Counted from the first letter of the whole stretch, positions 36,643 to 50,929 are shown. The stretch is 63,900 nt of DNA, filler included, from Vicugna vicugna (GCA_013265495.1; 78 parts of 77 records of this genome joined end to end with filler, not necessarily neighbours in it); one strand, 5' to 3'. The notes: generated from the letters alone by a model not told the origin. A program made the numbers and translations.

Positions 36643-37359
36643 NNNNNNNNNNNNNNNNNNNNNNNNNNNNNNNNNNNNNNNNNNNNTTAATTAATTAANN
36701 NNNNNNNNNNNNNNNNNNNNNNNNNNNNNNNNNNNNNNNNNNAGTTATCTTGAGTTGCTTATGAAATTCCTCTCTCTCTCCCTCTCTCTCTGTTCCCCAA
36801 CCCCTGCTTCAGACGTAGTGCTGGACATTTCTGGGGTATCTGGAAAATATTTAACACTTAATCAATTCAGCCTTGCGAAGCAGGATTTCATTGACAAATG
36901 ATTTTCTAAACAAGTGTCATGGTGAGCTCATTAACAGGGGATTTATGTTTACTTTGATGGTGCTGCACTTTGGAATGTTACCTCATTTACTTTCCATATC
37001 TACATGCTTTCTTGCTATAGTTACATAAGGTCATGAAAATGCTCACATTTCTAACTCACAAGAATCAGAGCTAAAGGAGGAGGACTAACAGCCACTGGGG
37101 AAAGGATGTGGAAAGGACGAGTAGGCAGCACCGATGAGAGCTATTTCCTCCTGCACGTCTGTCTTCTCGAGCAATGATCGCTTATTGAAGGAGCATCTTA
37201 GCAATTTCTGAGCACCTCAGAGGGTTAAGAAGGTGATGATCTTAGCCCCAAGGGTTTATNNNNNNNNNNNNNNNNNNNNNNNNNNNNNNNNNNNNNNNNN
37301 NNNTTAATTAATTAANNNNNNNNNNNNNNNNNNNNNNNNNNNNNNNNNNNNNNNNNNNN

Positions 37360-38161
37360 TTTTTTCGATTTTACAAACTTTTTTGAAAAACCAGCCTTTA
37401 GATTTGTTGAATTTTTTTCTATGGTCTTTTAAATTCTATTTTATTTATTTCCTCCCCAATATTTATGATTTCCTTCCTTACACTGCCTTTTGGGGTTTTT
37501 TGTTCTTCTTTTTCAATTCATTCTGCTGGTGGGTTAAATTGTTTATTGGTGATTCAGAGTTAAATTGTTTATTGGTGATTGTTCTTCTTTATTGAGGTAG
37601 GCCTGTATCACTATAAACTCCCCTCTGAGCACTTCTTTTGCTGTGTCCCATAAATTTTGTTTGGTTTTGCCCTCATTTTCTTTTGTCTCAAGGTACTTTT
37701 TTATTGCAGCTTTGATTTCTTCATTGACCCATTGTTTTTTTATAAACATATTGTTTAATCTCCATGTTTTCCTTTTATTCTCCTTTGTTTCTCTGTTGTT
37801 GATTTCTAGCTTAATGGCATTGTGGTCAGTAAAGATGCTTGAGGTAATTTCTATCTTCTTAAAATTGCTGAGGTTTCTTTTGTGCCCAAGTATATCATGA
37901 ATCCTGGAAAATGTTCCACATGCACTTGAAAAGAATTTATATCCTATTTTCGGTGGGTGCAATGCTTTCAATATATCCACCAAGTGTAAAATTTCTATTG
38001 TATTATTTAACTTCTCTGTTGCCTAATTTATTTTCTGTCTCGATGATCTGTCCAGTGATGTTAATGCAGTGTTGAAATCTCCAAATATGAATCCCCATTT
38101 ATATCTGTTAGCAATTATTTTATATACTTATATGCTCCTGTATTTGTTGCATATGTGTTAA
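37360..38161 (-). mobile_element. L1 ORF2 endonuclease region (disrupted)
   Basis: ORF 37543-37983 reads FFSSACGTFSRIHDILGHK...IFTDHNAIKLEINN...TWRLNN...QNLWDTAK, classic L1 endonuclease motifs; the frame is broken on both sides. Confidence 0.96.
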
Positions 38162-38261
38162 NNNNNNNNNNNNNNNNNNNNNNNNNNNNNNNNNNNNNNN
38201 NNNNNTTAATTAATTAANNNNNNNNNNNNNNNNNNNNNNNNNNNNNNNNNNNNNNNNNNNN

Positions 38262-38816
38262 GTGCTCCTTGAAATATGCGTTGACACTGTTTCCCCAATT
38301 CCAGCAAACACACAAAGACTTGTTCAGGTATCCTGAGTGTGGGGAACCTCCTCCAACTGACAGCAGCGCCTGGGTTCTATTAGAATCCCTAAGCTTGTCT
38401 TACCTGATGGCATGCCTAGGCTGGAGAGTGAGGGAAAGTGGGGGTTGGGTTTGAAGTCCAAGTAGCAACGAGTGCCCCCCGATTTACTGAGGAAGTACTT
38501 AGAGGATTTCACAAAAATGGAACACCTGTGCCCCCATTCATCTGTGTGGACTGGGTATCCACACCTCCCCCACACACAAGGCTGGGATCCGGAATCCTGA
38601 GTGTGTGGAAGATCCTCCAACTGACAGCAGCGCCTGCGTTCTAATAGAATAACTCAGCTTGACTTCCCTAAGTTTTTTCCTAGACCTACAAGTGAGCGAT
38701 AGTGGGGAATGGGCTCCAAAGCCAAGAATAAGCGAGTGCATTTCTTTGGGCAGTGGAGGATTTGAAACTTCTCCCCAAACTTGGAACACCTGTGCCCCCA
38801 TACAGATGCGTGGACT
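38262..38816 (-). repeat. Satellite D
   Basis: CCTCCAACTGACAGCAGCGCCTG occurs twice, ~265 bp apart. Confidence 0.88.
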
Positions 38817-39978
38817 NNNNNNNNNNNNNNNNNNNNNNNNNNNNNNNNNNNNNNNNNNNNTTAATTAATTAANNNNNNNNNNNNNNNNNNNNNNNNNNNN
38901 NNNNNNNNNNNNNNNNAGTAAAGTAAATGGCACTGGGAAGTTGAATGCAAAAAAAAAAAAAGTTACCGCTTCCTCCAATAGCATCCCCTGCAGCTGCTCA
39001 CACCCGAGCCGGCCACTTTCTCACCAGTGACCGCCGGCCAGGAAGCGCCATCACGCACGTCACACAGCGACAGACAGGAACCACGTGCCGAGCACGTTTG
39101 TGTAAAAGCAGGAATCGAGCAAGATACTGCAGACTTTGACTTTCCAAGTTTAAATACTCCATGAAAAGAATCCCTTAGCAGCCGCCTAAATCAATTTGCA
39201 TCTCACTTCTTCAAAACAAACAAACAAATTTAATAAGGGCACATTTGTCACCAAATATAAGGAGGACAAAACAGGTTCCTCAAAGCAAGGATTTTAACAG
39301 GTGTCAAACACCAGTGGGTGATGTGCTAATAAAGAAAATATTCCAAAAAGTAAGAAAATANNNNNNNNNNNNNNNNNNNNNNNNNNNNNNNNNNNNNNNN
39401 NNNNNNNNNNNNNNNNNNNNNNNNNNNNNNNNNNNNNNNNNNNNNNNNNNNNNNNNNNNNNNNNNNNNNNNNNNNNNNNNNNNNNNNNNNNNNNNNNNNN
39501 NNNNNNNNNNNNNNNNNNNNNNNNNNNNNNNNNNNNNNNNNNNNNNNNNNNNNNNNNNNNNNNNNNNNNNNNNNNNNNNNNNNNNNNNNNNNNNNNNNNN
39601 NNNNNNNNNNNNNNNNNNNNNNNNNNNNNNNNNNNNNNNNNNNNNNNNNNNNNNNNNNNNNNNNNNNNNNNNNNNNNNNNNNNNNNNNNNNNNNNNNNNN
39701 NNNNNNNNNNNNNNNNNNNNNNNNNNNNCACCTACATGAGATAGATTTTGAGCTACAAAATTTGGTCGCATTACAGGCTGGACAGTTTTACTTACTCCCA
39801 CCAAGAGTAGCAGGAAAGAATTAAGCTCTGCTTCTGAACCAAAGCATTGTTTTATAAATTAATGACTTTGGAATAGTANNNNNNNNNNNNNNNNNNNNNN
39901 NNNNNNNNNNNNNNNNNNNNNNTTAATTAATTAANNNNNNNNNNNNNNNNNNNNNNNNNNNNNNNNNNNNNNNNNNNN

Positions 39979-40089
39979 ATCCTTGTTCAAAATTATTAAG
40001 AATTTCAAGACCTTGACAGCAGATCTTTAAATCAAGTGTTGGACTTTTCCGAGCACGTGTACTGGGAGGTGCCCACTAAGTCAGCCCCG
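39979..40089. mobile_element. MER45-like hAT MITE fragment
   Basis: CCTTGTTCAAAATTATTAAGAATTTCAAGAC...GACAGCAGA matches the recalled consensus. Confidence 0.6.
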
Positions 40090-40634
40090 ACTTAGGTCTA
40101 GGTCTAGGGTAAAATCACATTCCTGACCCTTAAATATAGGAACTTTTTTGGTGATCACTGTGAAAAATTACCAGAAACCCATCTTTTATTTGCCTCTGGG
40201 AGAGGGGACATAGGCAAGAAAAATAGTCAGCATTTATAAAAAACAAAACAAAACAGATAAAAAATGCTAATACCAAATAAAATTTTTTTTAATCCCAAAG
40301 TAGGTTTTGTGAGTGACAATCACTTGAACAACTTCGTGAGGGTAGATCTGGGGCTAAAATAAAGTCTTTGATTATTTCATTAAAGCTGACTATTTCATTA
40401 AAGCTGTTCTTCAGTGGCAAAATCAGAATAAATCCATGTTGGTCATTCACTACAAACTCTTGCAAACAAAAGCTTTTGCTAAATAAAAGGAACACTGGAA
40501 CAGCAAAGTTTGTTATTAGAAGTTTGGATTTCTTNNNNNNNNNNNNNNNNNNNNNNNNNNNNNNNNNNNNNNNNNNNNTTAATTAATTAANNNNNNNNNN
40601 NNNNNNNNNNNNNNNNNNNNNNNNNNNNNNNNNN

Positions 40635-41086
40635 CAAGCAACCTGATTAAAAACTGGACAGAGGACCTGAATAGACACTTTTCCAAAGAAGACATACAAG
40701 TGGCCAACAGGGACATGAAAAGATGCTCAACATCACCAATTATCAGGGGGATGCAAATCAAAACCACAATGAGATATCATCTCATAGCTGTCAGAATGGC
40801 TATTATCAAAAATATAACAAATAGCAAGTGTTGGCAAGGATATGGAGAAAAGGGAACCCTTGTGTCCTGTTGATGAGAATGTAAATTGGTACAGCTACCA
40901 TGGAAAACAGCATGGAGATTCCTCAAAAATTAAAAACAAAACTTCCATATGACCCAGCAATGCCACTCCTTGGTTTCTATGTGTAAAAAAAAGAAGAAAG
41001 AAAACATTAATTATAAGAAATATATGCACCTCGGTGTTCACAGCATCATTATTTTCAATTGCCAAGATATGGAAGCAGCCAAAGTA
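40635..41086 (+). mobile_element. L1 ORF2 C-terminal region
   Basis: GACCTGAATAGACACTTTTCCAAAGAAGACATACAAGTGGCCAACAGG...ATGCAAATCAAAACCACAATGAGATATCA. Confidence 0.95.
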
Positions 41087-41186
41087 NNNNNNNNNNNNNN
41101 NNNNNNNNNNNNNNNNNNNNNNNNNNNNNNTTAATTAATTAANNNNNNNNNNNNNNNNNNNNNNNNNNNNNNNNNNNNNNNNNNNN

Positions 41187-41626
41187 CATTTTCTAAATTC
41201 TGTGTTCTGTATTCTGTAGTCTATATTCATACTCTGAGTTCTACATTTTCTAATCTAAATTCTATATTCCGTAATTTATATTCTATATTCTGTGTTATAC
41301 ATTCTATAGTCCACATTCTATTTCTGTATTCTATATACTATATTCTGTGTTCTGAATTCCATGATTATATTCTGGGTTCTATATTCTGTATTCTATATTC
41401 TATATTCTGTGTTCTGCATTGCATATTCCATCTATATTCTGTGTTCTGCATTGCATATTCCAAATTCTGTGTTCTGTGTTCAGTATTCTATATTCTAGAT
41501 TCTGTGTTCTAATTTCTATATACTACATTCTATATACTTTAAACTGTATTCTAAATTCTGTGTTCTGAATTCCACGTTCTGAATTCTGCGTTTTGAATTC
41601 TGTATTCTAGATTCTATATTCTGTGT
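41187..41626 (+). repeat. Heptamer satellite
   Basis: 7-nt TTC periodicity. Confidence 0.93.
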
Positions 41627-42329
41627 NNNNNNNNNNNNNNNNNNNNNNNNNNNNNNNNNNNNNNNNNNNNTTAATTAATTAANNNNNNNNNNNNNNNNNN
41701 NNNNNNNNNNNNNNNNNNNNNNNNNNTGCAAGTGCAATGTCTGTCTGACAAAATATTTATAAAACTCATTGACATTGAGGGAATGGGAGAGGGCAGGAGG
41801 GATGTGGCTGAGGAAGACATTGCCCTGTATTCTTTGTATCTAGCACGTCTGTTGTTCCTAGGTTTTAAAACCTTTTCTCAGTTAATCTGGAGTAGATGGA
41901 ACAGGCCAGGGAGGCAAGATTAGAAGAAAGGAGGCAGGGCATGAAGTGGTGCCAGGCTGATCCTAAAAGGGAGACCGACACAGACAGGCAGACACAGAGG
42001 GTTTAGGGATGAGGTGGAACAATGAGACGGCAGCTCAGGTGTGTCTTGCTGTTGCTGATCCTTCCCTCAACTGGCTCACTGATGATTCGGCAGTGCTGGG
42101 TAAAACCTGTGGATTTCCTCAGCTCTGAGTTCTCTCTGAGGCTTCCGGCTCAGTCTGGAGCTAAGATGAGTTCCGTGGGCTACTGACTCAGCTCTGAGAA
42201 TAGCCTGGAATCCTGGAAAACTTCATGCANNNNNNNNNNNNNNNNNNNNNNNNNNNNNNNNNNNNNNNNNNNNTTAATTAATTAANNNNNNNNNNNNNNN
42301 NNNNNNNNNNNNNNNNNNNNNNNNNNNNN

Positions 42330-43199
42330 TCCGCTAACCATAGAGATGTACTCGCAAATACTTGGTTTTGGAGCACAAGCCACACTTTCCCCGCACTTCC
42401 GCCTAGGCAAACCATCAGGGAAGACAAGCACAGGGATTCAATTAGAAGCCAGGCGCTGCAGTCTGTTGGAGGAACTTCCCTGCACTCAGGATTCCGGAAC
42501 ACATTCTTGTGTGTGGGGGAGTTGTGCATCCCCACTCCACCCAGATGCATTGGGGCAAATGTGTTCCCTTTAGGGAGAAGTCTTCTAAGTACTTCCTCAA
42601 TGGATCAGGAGGCACCCACTGCTACCTGGCCTCCAAGCCCAACCCCCAGGATTCCCTCACATCCCGGACCAGGGAAACTCTCGTTTTACAAGCTAAGGGA
42701 TTCTATTCGAACCAAGGAGCTGCTGTCATTTTGAGGAGCCCCCCCACACTAAATATATCTGAAAGTCTTCGTGTGTGTTCTGGAGCTGGGAAAGGCATTC
42801 CACGCATTTTATGGGGGCACAGGTGTTCCAAAGTTGGAGATTTGGTTTAAACACCTCCACTGCCCATAGAGGGGCACTCGCTATTCCTTGTCTTTAGAGC
42901 CCAACCCCCACATTCGCTCACAGCACGGCCAAGGTAAACACTCAAGGAAGTCAAGCTAAAAGATACTCTTAGACCCAAGGTGCTGCTGTCATTTGGAGGA
43001 AACTTCCCACATTCAGGATAGAAGAACACGTCCTCGTTTGTGTGCTGGAGGTGGGGAATCAGAGTCCAGGCATCTTTCAGGTGGCAAATGGACACCCACG
43101 TTGCTGGTTATAGGTACAATTTCTCAAATTTCCATGTAGATGCATTGGCTAAATCTAATAATTGGTATTAGAGCCGAAACCCCACATTCCCATGCACTC
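42330..43199 (+). repeat. Satellite D, about 3 monomers
   Basis: AAGC(T/A)-AGGGATT...GCTGCTGTCA-type block recurs three times. Confidence 0.88.
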
Positions 43200-43299
43200 N
43201 NNNNNNNNNNNNNNNNNNNNNNNNNNNNNNNNNNNNNNNNNNNTTAATTAATTAANNNNNNNNNNNNNNNNNNNNNNNNNNNNNNNNNNNNNNNNNNNN

Positions 43300-43965
43300 A
43301 ACCCTACAATATGCTGCCTATGAGAGACACACATTAAAGTGAAGATCAGAGATAGATTTAAAGTGAGATGATGGAGAAATATATTTCATGCAAATGGAAA
43401 TGTCAAAAAAGTGGGAATACCAATACTCATATCAGAGAAAATAGACTTGAAAACAAAGGCCATAAATAAAGATACAGAAAGACACTATATAATGATCAAA
43501 GAAGCAATACAAGAACAAACAAANNNNNNNNNNNNNNNNNNNNAGCAGAAGGAAAGAATAAATATAAATCAGGGAAGAAATAAAATAGAGATTAAAGAAT
43601 AGAAAAAAATCAATCAAACCAAGAGCTGGTGTTTTGAAAGAGTAAACAAAATTGACAAACCTATGGCAAGGCTCACCAAGAAGAAAAGAGAGAGGACATA
43701 AATAAAGAAAATAAGAAATGAAAATGGAGAAATTACAACCAACATCACAGAGGTACAAAAAAATCATAAGAGAATACTATGAACAATATATATATGGCAA
43801 TAAATTGGACAACTTAGAAGAAATGGACAAGTTTCTAGAAATGCAGAGTCCACCAAAATTGAATTAAGAAGAAATAGATCATTTGAATAGAGCAATCACT
43901 AGAAGTGAAATAGAATAAGGAATAAAAAACCTCCCTGCAAGCAAAAGTCCAGGACCAGATGGCTT
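43300..43965 (+). mobile_element. L1 ORF2 N-terminal region with internal deletion
   Basis: ATATGCTGCCTATGAGAGACACAC...CATGCAAATGGAAA, then AAGAGCTGGTGTTTTGAAA...AAAAGTCCAGGACCAGATGGCTT. Confidence 0.95.
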
Positions 43966-44444
43966 NNNNNNNNNNNNNNNNNNNNNNNNNNNNNNNNNNN
44001 NNNNNNNNNTTAATTAATTAANNNNNNNNNNNNNNNNNNNNNNNNNNNNNNNNNNNNNNNNNNNNGAGCTTGCCCTCTGGGCCAAGAAGGCTTAACCTTA
44101 GTGGAAATCATTGACCTCAAGGGTTCGTTGTATCTTGGGGGCAGACAGGACACGAAAGATCAGAGTCCCAGCTGGGAGGGGCCTGAAACTCTGGCACTGA
44201 CTCAGGGGTTCCCTCCAGCTGGAGACGTCCTGATGGGGAAGGGGACATTTGGGGCCGTCCAGGGCTGCTGCAGCCACTTAACTGTACATGCAGGGATCCA
44301 GGTGCTTTCCACCTGCCTTTCCTCTCGGCCATCCTCCGGTGGCTTTCATCCTCTTGAGTCAAAGAGAGATGCCCGGGTTCTGGGCCAGATGAAGGTGAAC
44401 AACCAGGACCTACTCTTGAGGTGCTGCTTTCCGCCCCTCCCCAT

Positions 44445-44577
44445 TGTTTGTTTTTTTTTTTTTTTTTTAGGCAGGTAATTAGGCTTGTTTGTTTATAATG
44501 GAGGTGCTGGGGATTGAACCAAGGACATCATGCTTACTAATAAGCAAGTGCTCTACCGCTGAGCTATATCCTCCCCC
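44445..44577 (-). mobile_element. Vic-1-type SINE
   Basis: poly-T, GGTAATTAGG, GGGGATTGAACC (B box), CTCTACCGCTGAGCTATATCCTCCCC (A box). Confidence 0.9.
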
Positions 44578-45046
44578 TCCCCTGCATTTTTGTTAATGGA
44601 GATAACGCTTCCCCTGTGGTCTTCTTTTTTGTCTCATTGTGCAGAATGATGTCACACAGCCATGTCTAGCTGAATTGAGCCTGGAAAGGTGTATTTTAGC
44701 TTCCTGCCTCCCTGGCAAAGGAGTATATGGCAGAGGGAAGAGGCAGTAGATAGCTTTTTGGTAGCCAGTCTACAGTGTTTATTTCTAGGGAAGTAGATGG
44801 TGACCCAGGAGGTGTCCAAAAGCCAAAAGTGAACAATGAAAATGAAAAGCAAAGAAAAGCCAGGAAGTTAAAAATGTGAGTAACAGGGCAAAGCAGGAGT
44901 ATTAGGTCACTGTGACAATTAACTTTTGGTGTGTTGTATAAAGTTGNNNNNNNNNNNNNNNNNNNNNNNNNNNNNNNNNNNNNNNNNNNNTTAATTAATT
45001 AANNNNNNNNNNNNNNNNNNNNNNNNNNNNNNNNNNNNNNNNNNNN

Positions 45047-45536
45047 AGATTCTATCTACATGATATTCCGTGTTCTGTACATAATTCATGCCTTTACGGA
45101 TTCAAAAAATATGCATTCCTGAGGTGAGTTCATGTTGATTACTGATGCTTCATCCTCTATAAAAGGAAAATTTTCTTCTAGACACGTGTACAGATTTTCA
45201 CAAGCTTTCCCTAACACCAGTTTAGAATTCGTGCATTTTTCACAGAAAAATACTTCTGGAGCGATTTCCACCTAACAGATATGTAATTTAAATGCATTCC
45301 ATCAACAGGGCATTCCGGATTCCGTAAATGCTACACGCATGACGATTCGGCAAACATGCGTTTCTGAGTTGTGAGCATGTGGATTAGTGAACTTTCATCC
45401 ACCAAACAAGGCATATATACACTTTGAAATATTTACTCAGACTTCATAATTTTTTTGTATCTCCAGGTTCTAAAATCGGACATTTGGCAGTAAAACACTC
45501 TTTGAGCGAATCCTCACCAATACACATGTAATTTAC
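45047..45536 (-). repeat. Satellite A
   Basis: Monomer order 3, 1, 2 on the minus strand. Confidence 0.93.
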
Positions 45537-47130
45537 NNNNNNNNNNNNNNNNNNNNNNNNNNNNNNNNNNNNNNNNNNNNTTAATTAATTAANNNNNNNN
45601 NNNNNNNNNNNNNNNNNNNNNNNNNNNNNNNNNNNNGCACTGGCTGAGAGGTGATGCTTGCCTCTGCTACACTAATCCCCTTGAGGGGGAAGGTCTGGAG
45701 AGCTGAAGGCCTGGCAGGCGGGCATCCGTGGGTCAGCTTCCAAACCCAGGATGGAGACTGGGTGCCAAGGCTGAGACATGGGGCTCTGTCCCTTTGTGGC
45801 AGTCAGTCCTACCAGGGAGAGAGGGTATAGGCTGGTGGGGGAGTGAGTGAGNNNNNNNNNNNNNNNNNNNNNNNNNNNNNNNCACACACTCTGGAAGAGC
45901 TGAGACTTAGAGATTAGGAGGCAATAGCAGGAAGAATGAGAGAGAGAGAGAGAGCGAGAGAGCCAGACAAAGTCAGACAGAGGTTGGGGTGGGAAGGAAG
46001 AACCAGAAGCATCACAAAGCCTCACTCAGTTCCCCATCTGAGAGGGCCCTGGGCCCTGGAAGGAGCGCCCAGGCCAGCCTGGGCCTGCTGTCGGGATGGC
46101 CTTGGCTTTCAGGAGGCCAGAGCAGGTGGAGGGAGGGGAGAGGCAGATGCAGAGCTGGCTTTGAGCNNNNNNNNNNNNNNNNNNNNNNNNNNNNNNNNNN
46201 NNNNNNNNNNTTAATTAATTAANNNNNNNNNNNNNNNNNNNNNNNNNNNNNNNNNNNNNNNNNNNNGTATAACTCCCAAAACATTTATATAAATTCTATT
46301 AAATTTTTAAACACTGTAAATGAGATATGTCAAAACTGGAGTCTTCGGAATATCCCTCCCACCACGGCTTTATAGAAACAAAGAGTTAAAAAAAATTCAA
46401 ATTTCTGTGAAATGTATCTGGAAAGTGTTGATTCATCGATGCCCATTTGACAGAGAAGCAGTGCAACCTGCGCTCACTCGCTCCCATGAACACAGCAATG
46501 GAAACATCCACTCACCCAGCCCTTGGCACAGGACACTTGCCGAAGAGAGGTCTGTTACTTCCAAAGACAGGATGAGGCCTCAGAACACCTGGAAGCAGGA
46601 GAAGGAAAAGCAGGGAATGGATACCAGTGCATGNNNNNNNNNNNNNNNNNNNNNNNNNNNNNNNNNNNNNNNNNNNNNNNNNNNNNNNNNNNNNNNNNNN
46701 NNNNNNNNNNNNNNNNNNNNNNNNNNNNNNNNNNNNNNNNNNNNNNNNNNNNNNNNNNNNNNNNNNNNNNNNNNNNNNNNNNNNNNNNNNNNNNNNNNNN
46801 NNNNNNNNNNNNNNNNNNNNNNNNNNNNNNNNNNNNNNNNNNNNNNNNNAGGCAGCGTTCAGGGAGGGATAGGGCTACGGATGGTGGCAAACGCTGAGTC
46901 TCAGGGATCTGGAGTGCGTTGTGGGATGTGGTGGGTCCTATCAAGAGAGCAAACCGAACTGGGACCACAATGAGCAAACAACCAACCTGGCGTGCGCAGT
47001 TGAAATTATCGATATGTCCCATGGCCACACNNNNNNNNNNNNNNNNNNNNNNNNNNNNNNNNNNNNNNNNNNNNTTAATTAATTAANNNNNNNNNNNNNN
47101 NNNNNNNNNNNNNNNNNNNNNNNNNNNNNN

Positions 47131-47891
47131 TCTCAGAATTTAGAATATTGAATACAGAATGCAAAATATAGTATAGAGTGTATAAAATGAAGAAGACACA
47201 ATATAGAATACAGAATAGAGTACACAGAACACAGAATTTAGAATATGGAATGCAGAACACAGGATTTAGAATATAGAATACTGAATACTGAATACAGAAC
47301 TTAGAATATAGAACTTAGAACACAGAATATNNNNNNNNNNNNNNNNNNNNNNNNNNNNNNNNNNNNNNNNNNNNNNNNNNNNNNNNNNNNNNNNNNNNNN
47401 NNNNNNNNNNNNNNNNNNNNNNNNNNNNNNNNNNNNNNNNNNNNNNNNNNNNNNNNNNNNNNNNNNNNNNNNNNNNNNNNNNNNNNNNNNNNNNNNNNNN
47501 NNNNNNNNNNNNNNNNNNNNNNNNNNNNNNNNNNNNNNNNNNNNNNNNNNNNNNNNNNNNNNNNNNNNNNNNNNNNNNNNNNNNNNNNNNNNNNNNNNNN
47601 NNNNNNNNNNNNNNNNNNNNNNNNNNNNNNNNNNNNNNNNNNNNNNNNNNNNNNNNNNNNNNNNNNNNNNNNNNNNNNNNNNNNNNNNNNNNNNNNNNNN
47701 NNNNNNNNNNNNNNNNNNNNNNNNNNNNNNNNNNNNNNNNNNNNNNNNNNNNNNNNNNNNNNNNAGACACAATACATAGAATAGAGAACATAGAACAAAG
47801 AATTTAGAACATGGAATGCTGAACACAGAATTAGAATATAGAATACAGAATTATGCATACAGAATTTAGAATATAGAATGTAGAACACAGA
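47131..47891 (-). repeat. Heptamer satellite (gapped)
   Basis: AGAAT/AGAAC every 7 nt. Confidence 0.94.
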
Positions 47892-49912
47892 NNNNNNNNN
47901 NNNNNNNNNNNNNNNNNNNNNNNNNNNNNNNNNNNTTAATTAATTAANNNNNNNNNNNNNNNNNNNNNNNNNNNNNNNNNNNNNNNNNNNNGAATAGTGA
48001 TTCTTAAAATATAGGCCACCTGTATTAGAACTACTTTAGAATTTTTAAAACTTGATATTTCTGGGCCCTATCCAAGAGCCCTGATTTTAAGTTGTGTTGG
48101 GGAACCTGTTTTTACAAACTCTTAAATGGTTCTTAAGACTATCATAACAAACTTAACACTGAGCTAAGCCATAGTAAGCAGCAGTCAAGTTCTTCCTGTT
48201 TAAATGTTTAAAAAAAAACTGTCTTTAAATTAACTACATCTTTTAATTTTACATGTGTACATGTGTATGTGTGAGCACACGTAGTCAGTTATATATCCTG
48301 TCAGTAAGTGTATATATTTATTTCGTTCAAGTGCTGTGCCAAGAATACAAGGATAACATCTTGCACTTGAGATTTGGCCTTTAGATGTGTGATCATAGTC
48401 CCTAACTACACACAAATACACACACACATACCTCAGGCTCCTGTTATATTTTGGGTCAAAGTAAAATTACTGTCTGAAAGTAGCTTGCAGTTAGGTTGTG
48501 GGAGAATATGTGTACAACTTGAATGGAACTTACGGAGTGCAGTCTGTTAGTTGCAAGATCTTTTTTTTGAGTGCTGAGTGCATTGGTGGGTGGGAGAGAG
48601 AGTAAAGAAACGCCAGGATTAGATGTGGGCAAACCAAAGAAGCTTTACTGGATGGAGGCAAGAACAGTACTCCTGTTTCAACTACAATTGAACTCAGTAG
48701 TATTTACACCTTGAAAAGCAGAAGAACACTTTGTTAAATCTAGCTGTGCTTCCTGAATTTCTCATGGCATTCAGTCTTCCACCTTGATACACTGGGATTC
48801 AGTTATCAGCACATTTTCCACCTGGGCTGGTCTCTTATGGCAACACAGGTATCTTGTTCAGTTTGCCTTTCTTTAAAACGTGTTATTTGTCTTCACTTAC
48901 GATCATGGTAGGGTGGTGATCCTCGCCGACAAGACAGGANNNNNNNNNNNNNNNNNNNNNNNNNNNNNNNNNNNNNNNNNNNNTTAATTAATTAANNNNN
49001 NNNNNNNNNNNNNNNNNNNNNNNNNNNNNNNNNNNNNNNTACTGACTTCTAATAAATTTACTTCTTAGAATCAGAGCTTTGTCCTGAAGAGGCAGTGCCA
49101 TTGCAAACATTTAATGTAGGTTCATACACTCCAAATAAATTGTGCCCCTTCTAACCTTCACACAGTAAGTATCTAAGTGGTACTTGCCCGTTGGTTGGGG
49201 TGGTCATATTCAGTTACCAAATTGCAATCTAAAATGTGTGGACTCAAAGGAGGTGAGAGTGGTGGAATTAAAAACTTGTTCAACTGCAAGAATACCAAAT
49301 TTCTGCAGATATTAAGAAATATAAAATATTCACGGAAGACTTTGTCTATTTCCCATTAAATTAAAATAAAAGTGAAGCATTTTCAGATTGTGAAATGCTG
49401 GAAAACTTTTAGGCAAGGTCAGGGAGCCTAAGGCTTCTGCTCACAATCATGCAGAAAGTGTCATCTGATAAGACTGAAATGGCAAGTTTGAGTCCTGAAA
49501 ATGTGTCACCAGTTGTGAAGAAAGCCTTTGATAACCTGGAGAAAGGGCAAATGAGCCAGGGTATGTTCTAGCAACATGCAACCATTATGACCTTTACCAA
49601 GAGAATAAAAAGGCCCACTTGCAGCAGGAGAACTGTGTCTGCACAGCACCTGTTGTTCCTACAACAGAAACATATCAGCTCAGCTCAGATGGTGGCTATG
49701 TTGTTTTTTGCATTAGCAGTCTGGGCTTCAGATGGGCTTGTTCAGCAGCTAGTTTCCAGCTCTCTTGTCAGACAGTGGGTCTTAGCGTGATCATCATAAC
49801 AAGGATCTATACNNNNNNNNNNNNNNNNNNNNNNNNNNNNNNNNNNNNNNNNNNNNTTAATTAATTAANNNNNNNNNNNNNNNNNNNNNNNNNNNNNNNN
49901 NNNNNNNNNNNN

Positions 49913-50424
49913 AGAATATAGAATATACAATACGGAATGCAAAATATATATTGTAGACTATAGAATGAAGTACGCAAAATGTAGAATACAGAATAGAGTA
50001 TATAGAAGCCAGAATTTAGTACATGGGATGCAGAACACAGAAATTCGAATAAAAATACAAAATACTGAATATAGGAACTTGAATATAGAATACAAAACAC
50101 AGGATATATAATAGAGTATACAGAAACCAGAATTTAAAACATGGAATACAGAACACAGAATTTAGAATATAGAATACAGAATACTGAATATTGAATTTAG
50201 AATATAGAATGTAGAACACAGAATAAAGAATATAATACGGAATGCAGAATATAGAATGAAGAATATTGAATGAAGAATACAAATGATAGAATATAGAATA
50301 TTGAACATAAAACACAGAATTTAGAAAATGGAATGCAGAACATAGAATTTAGAATATAGAATAGAGAACACTGATAAACAATTTAGAATATAGTATATAG
50401 ATTACTTAATATAGAATTTAGAAT
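49913..50424 (-). repeat. Heptamer satellite
   Basis: AGAAT/AGAAC every 7 nt. Confidence 0.94.
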
Positions 50425-50929
50425 NNNNNNNNNNNNNNNNNNNNNNNNNNNNNNNNNNNNNNNNNNNNTTAATTAATTAANNNNNNNNNNNNNNNNNNNN
50501 NNNNNNNNNNNNNNNNNNNNNNNNAGAGTACTGGTTGACCTGTCCTGTGCACAGATATTTGCTTATGTTAACTGTGTTTTTTTTTTCCCTGTAAGTGTAT
50601 AGTGTATCCACTGGCATCTTTCTCTAACTGCAATCATTGAATCTGCTTTCATGCAACCTATCTGTTTATATCCATCTGTATTCAGAACTGATGTGGAAAA
50701 ATATAACAGTTATTCAATCTCAATGAAGATGGCTAAAAGGTTGAAAAATAAAGAAACTAAAAAGCATTAAAAAAAGAATAAAAATATTATCCATTATTTT
50801 GGGCAAAACATGGTTATGTTTCCTTTCCTGTCCATCAGTCGAAATGATGTGAATTCCTGGCTCTATTCTAAAATCTATTAACTATAAGTTGCGTTAGAGG
50901 GACCAGAAGTCTGCAGTCTGCTGGACACA

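Noticed and set aside
39050..39100. Three CACGT cores as a hypoxia/E-box enhancer
   Set aside because: Short motifs with no other support.
46980..47030. Possible exon end on the minus strand (VAMGHIDNFNCARQ|GTTGGT)
   Set aside because: Too short and truncated by the scaffold end; not recognised.
48895..48939. Possible exon end on the minus strand before GTAAGT
   Set aside because: Under 40 nt available, frame ambiguous, no identifiable protein.
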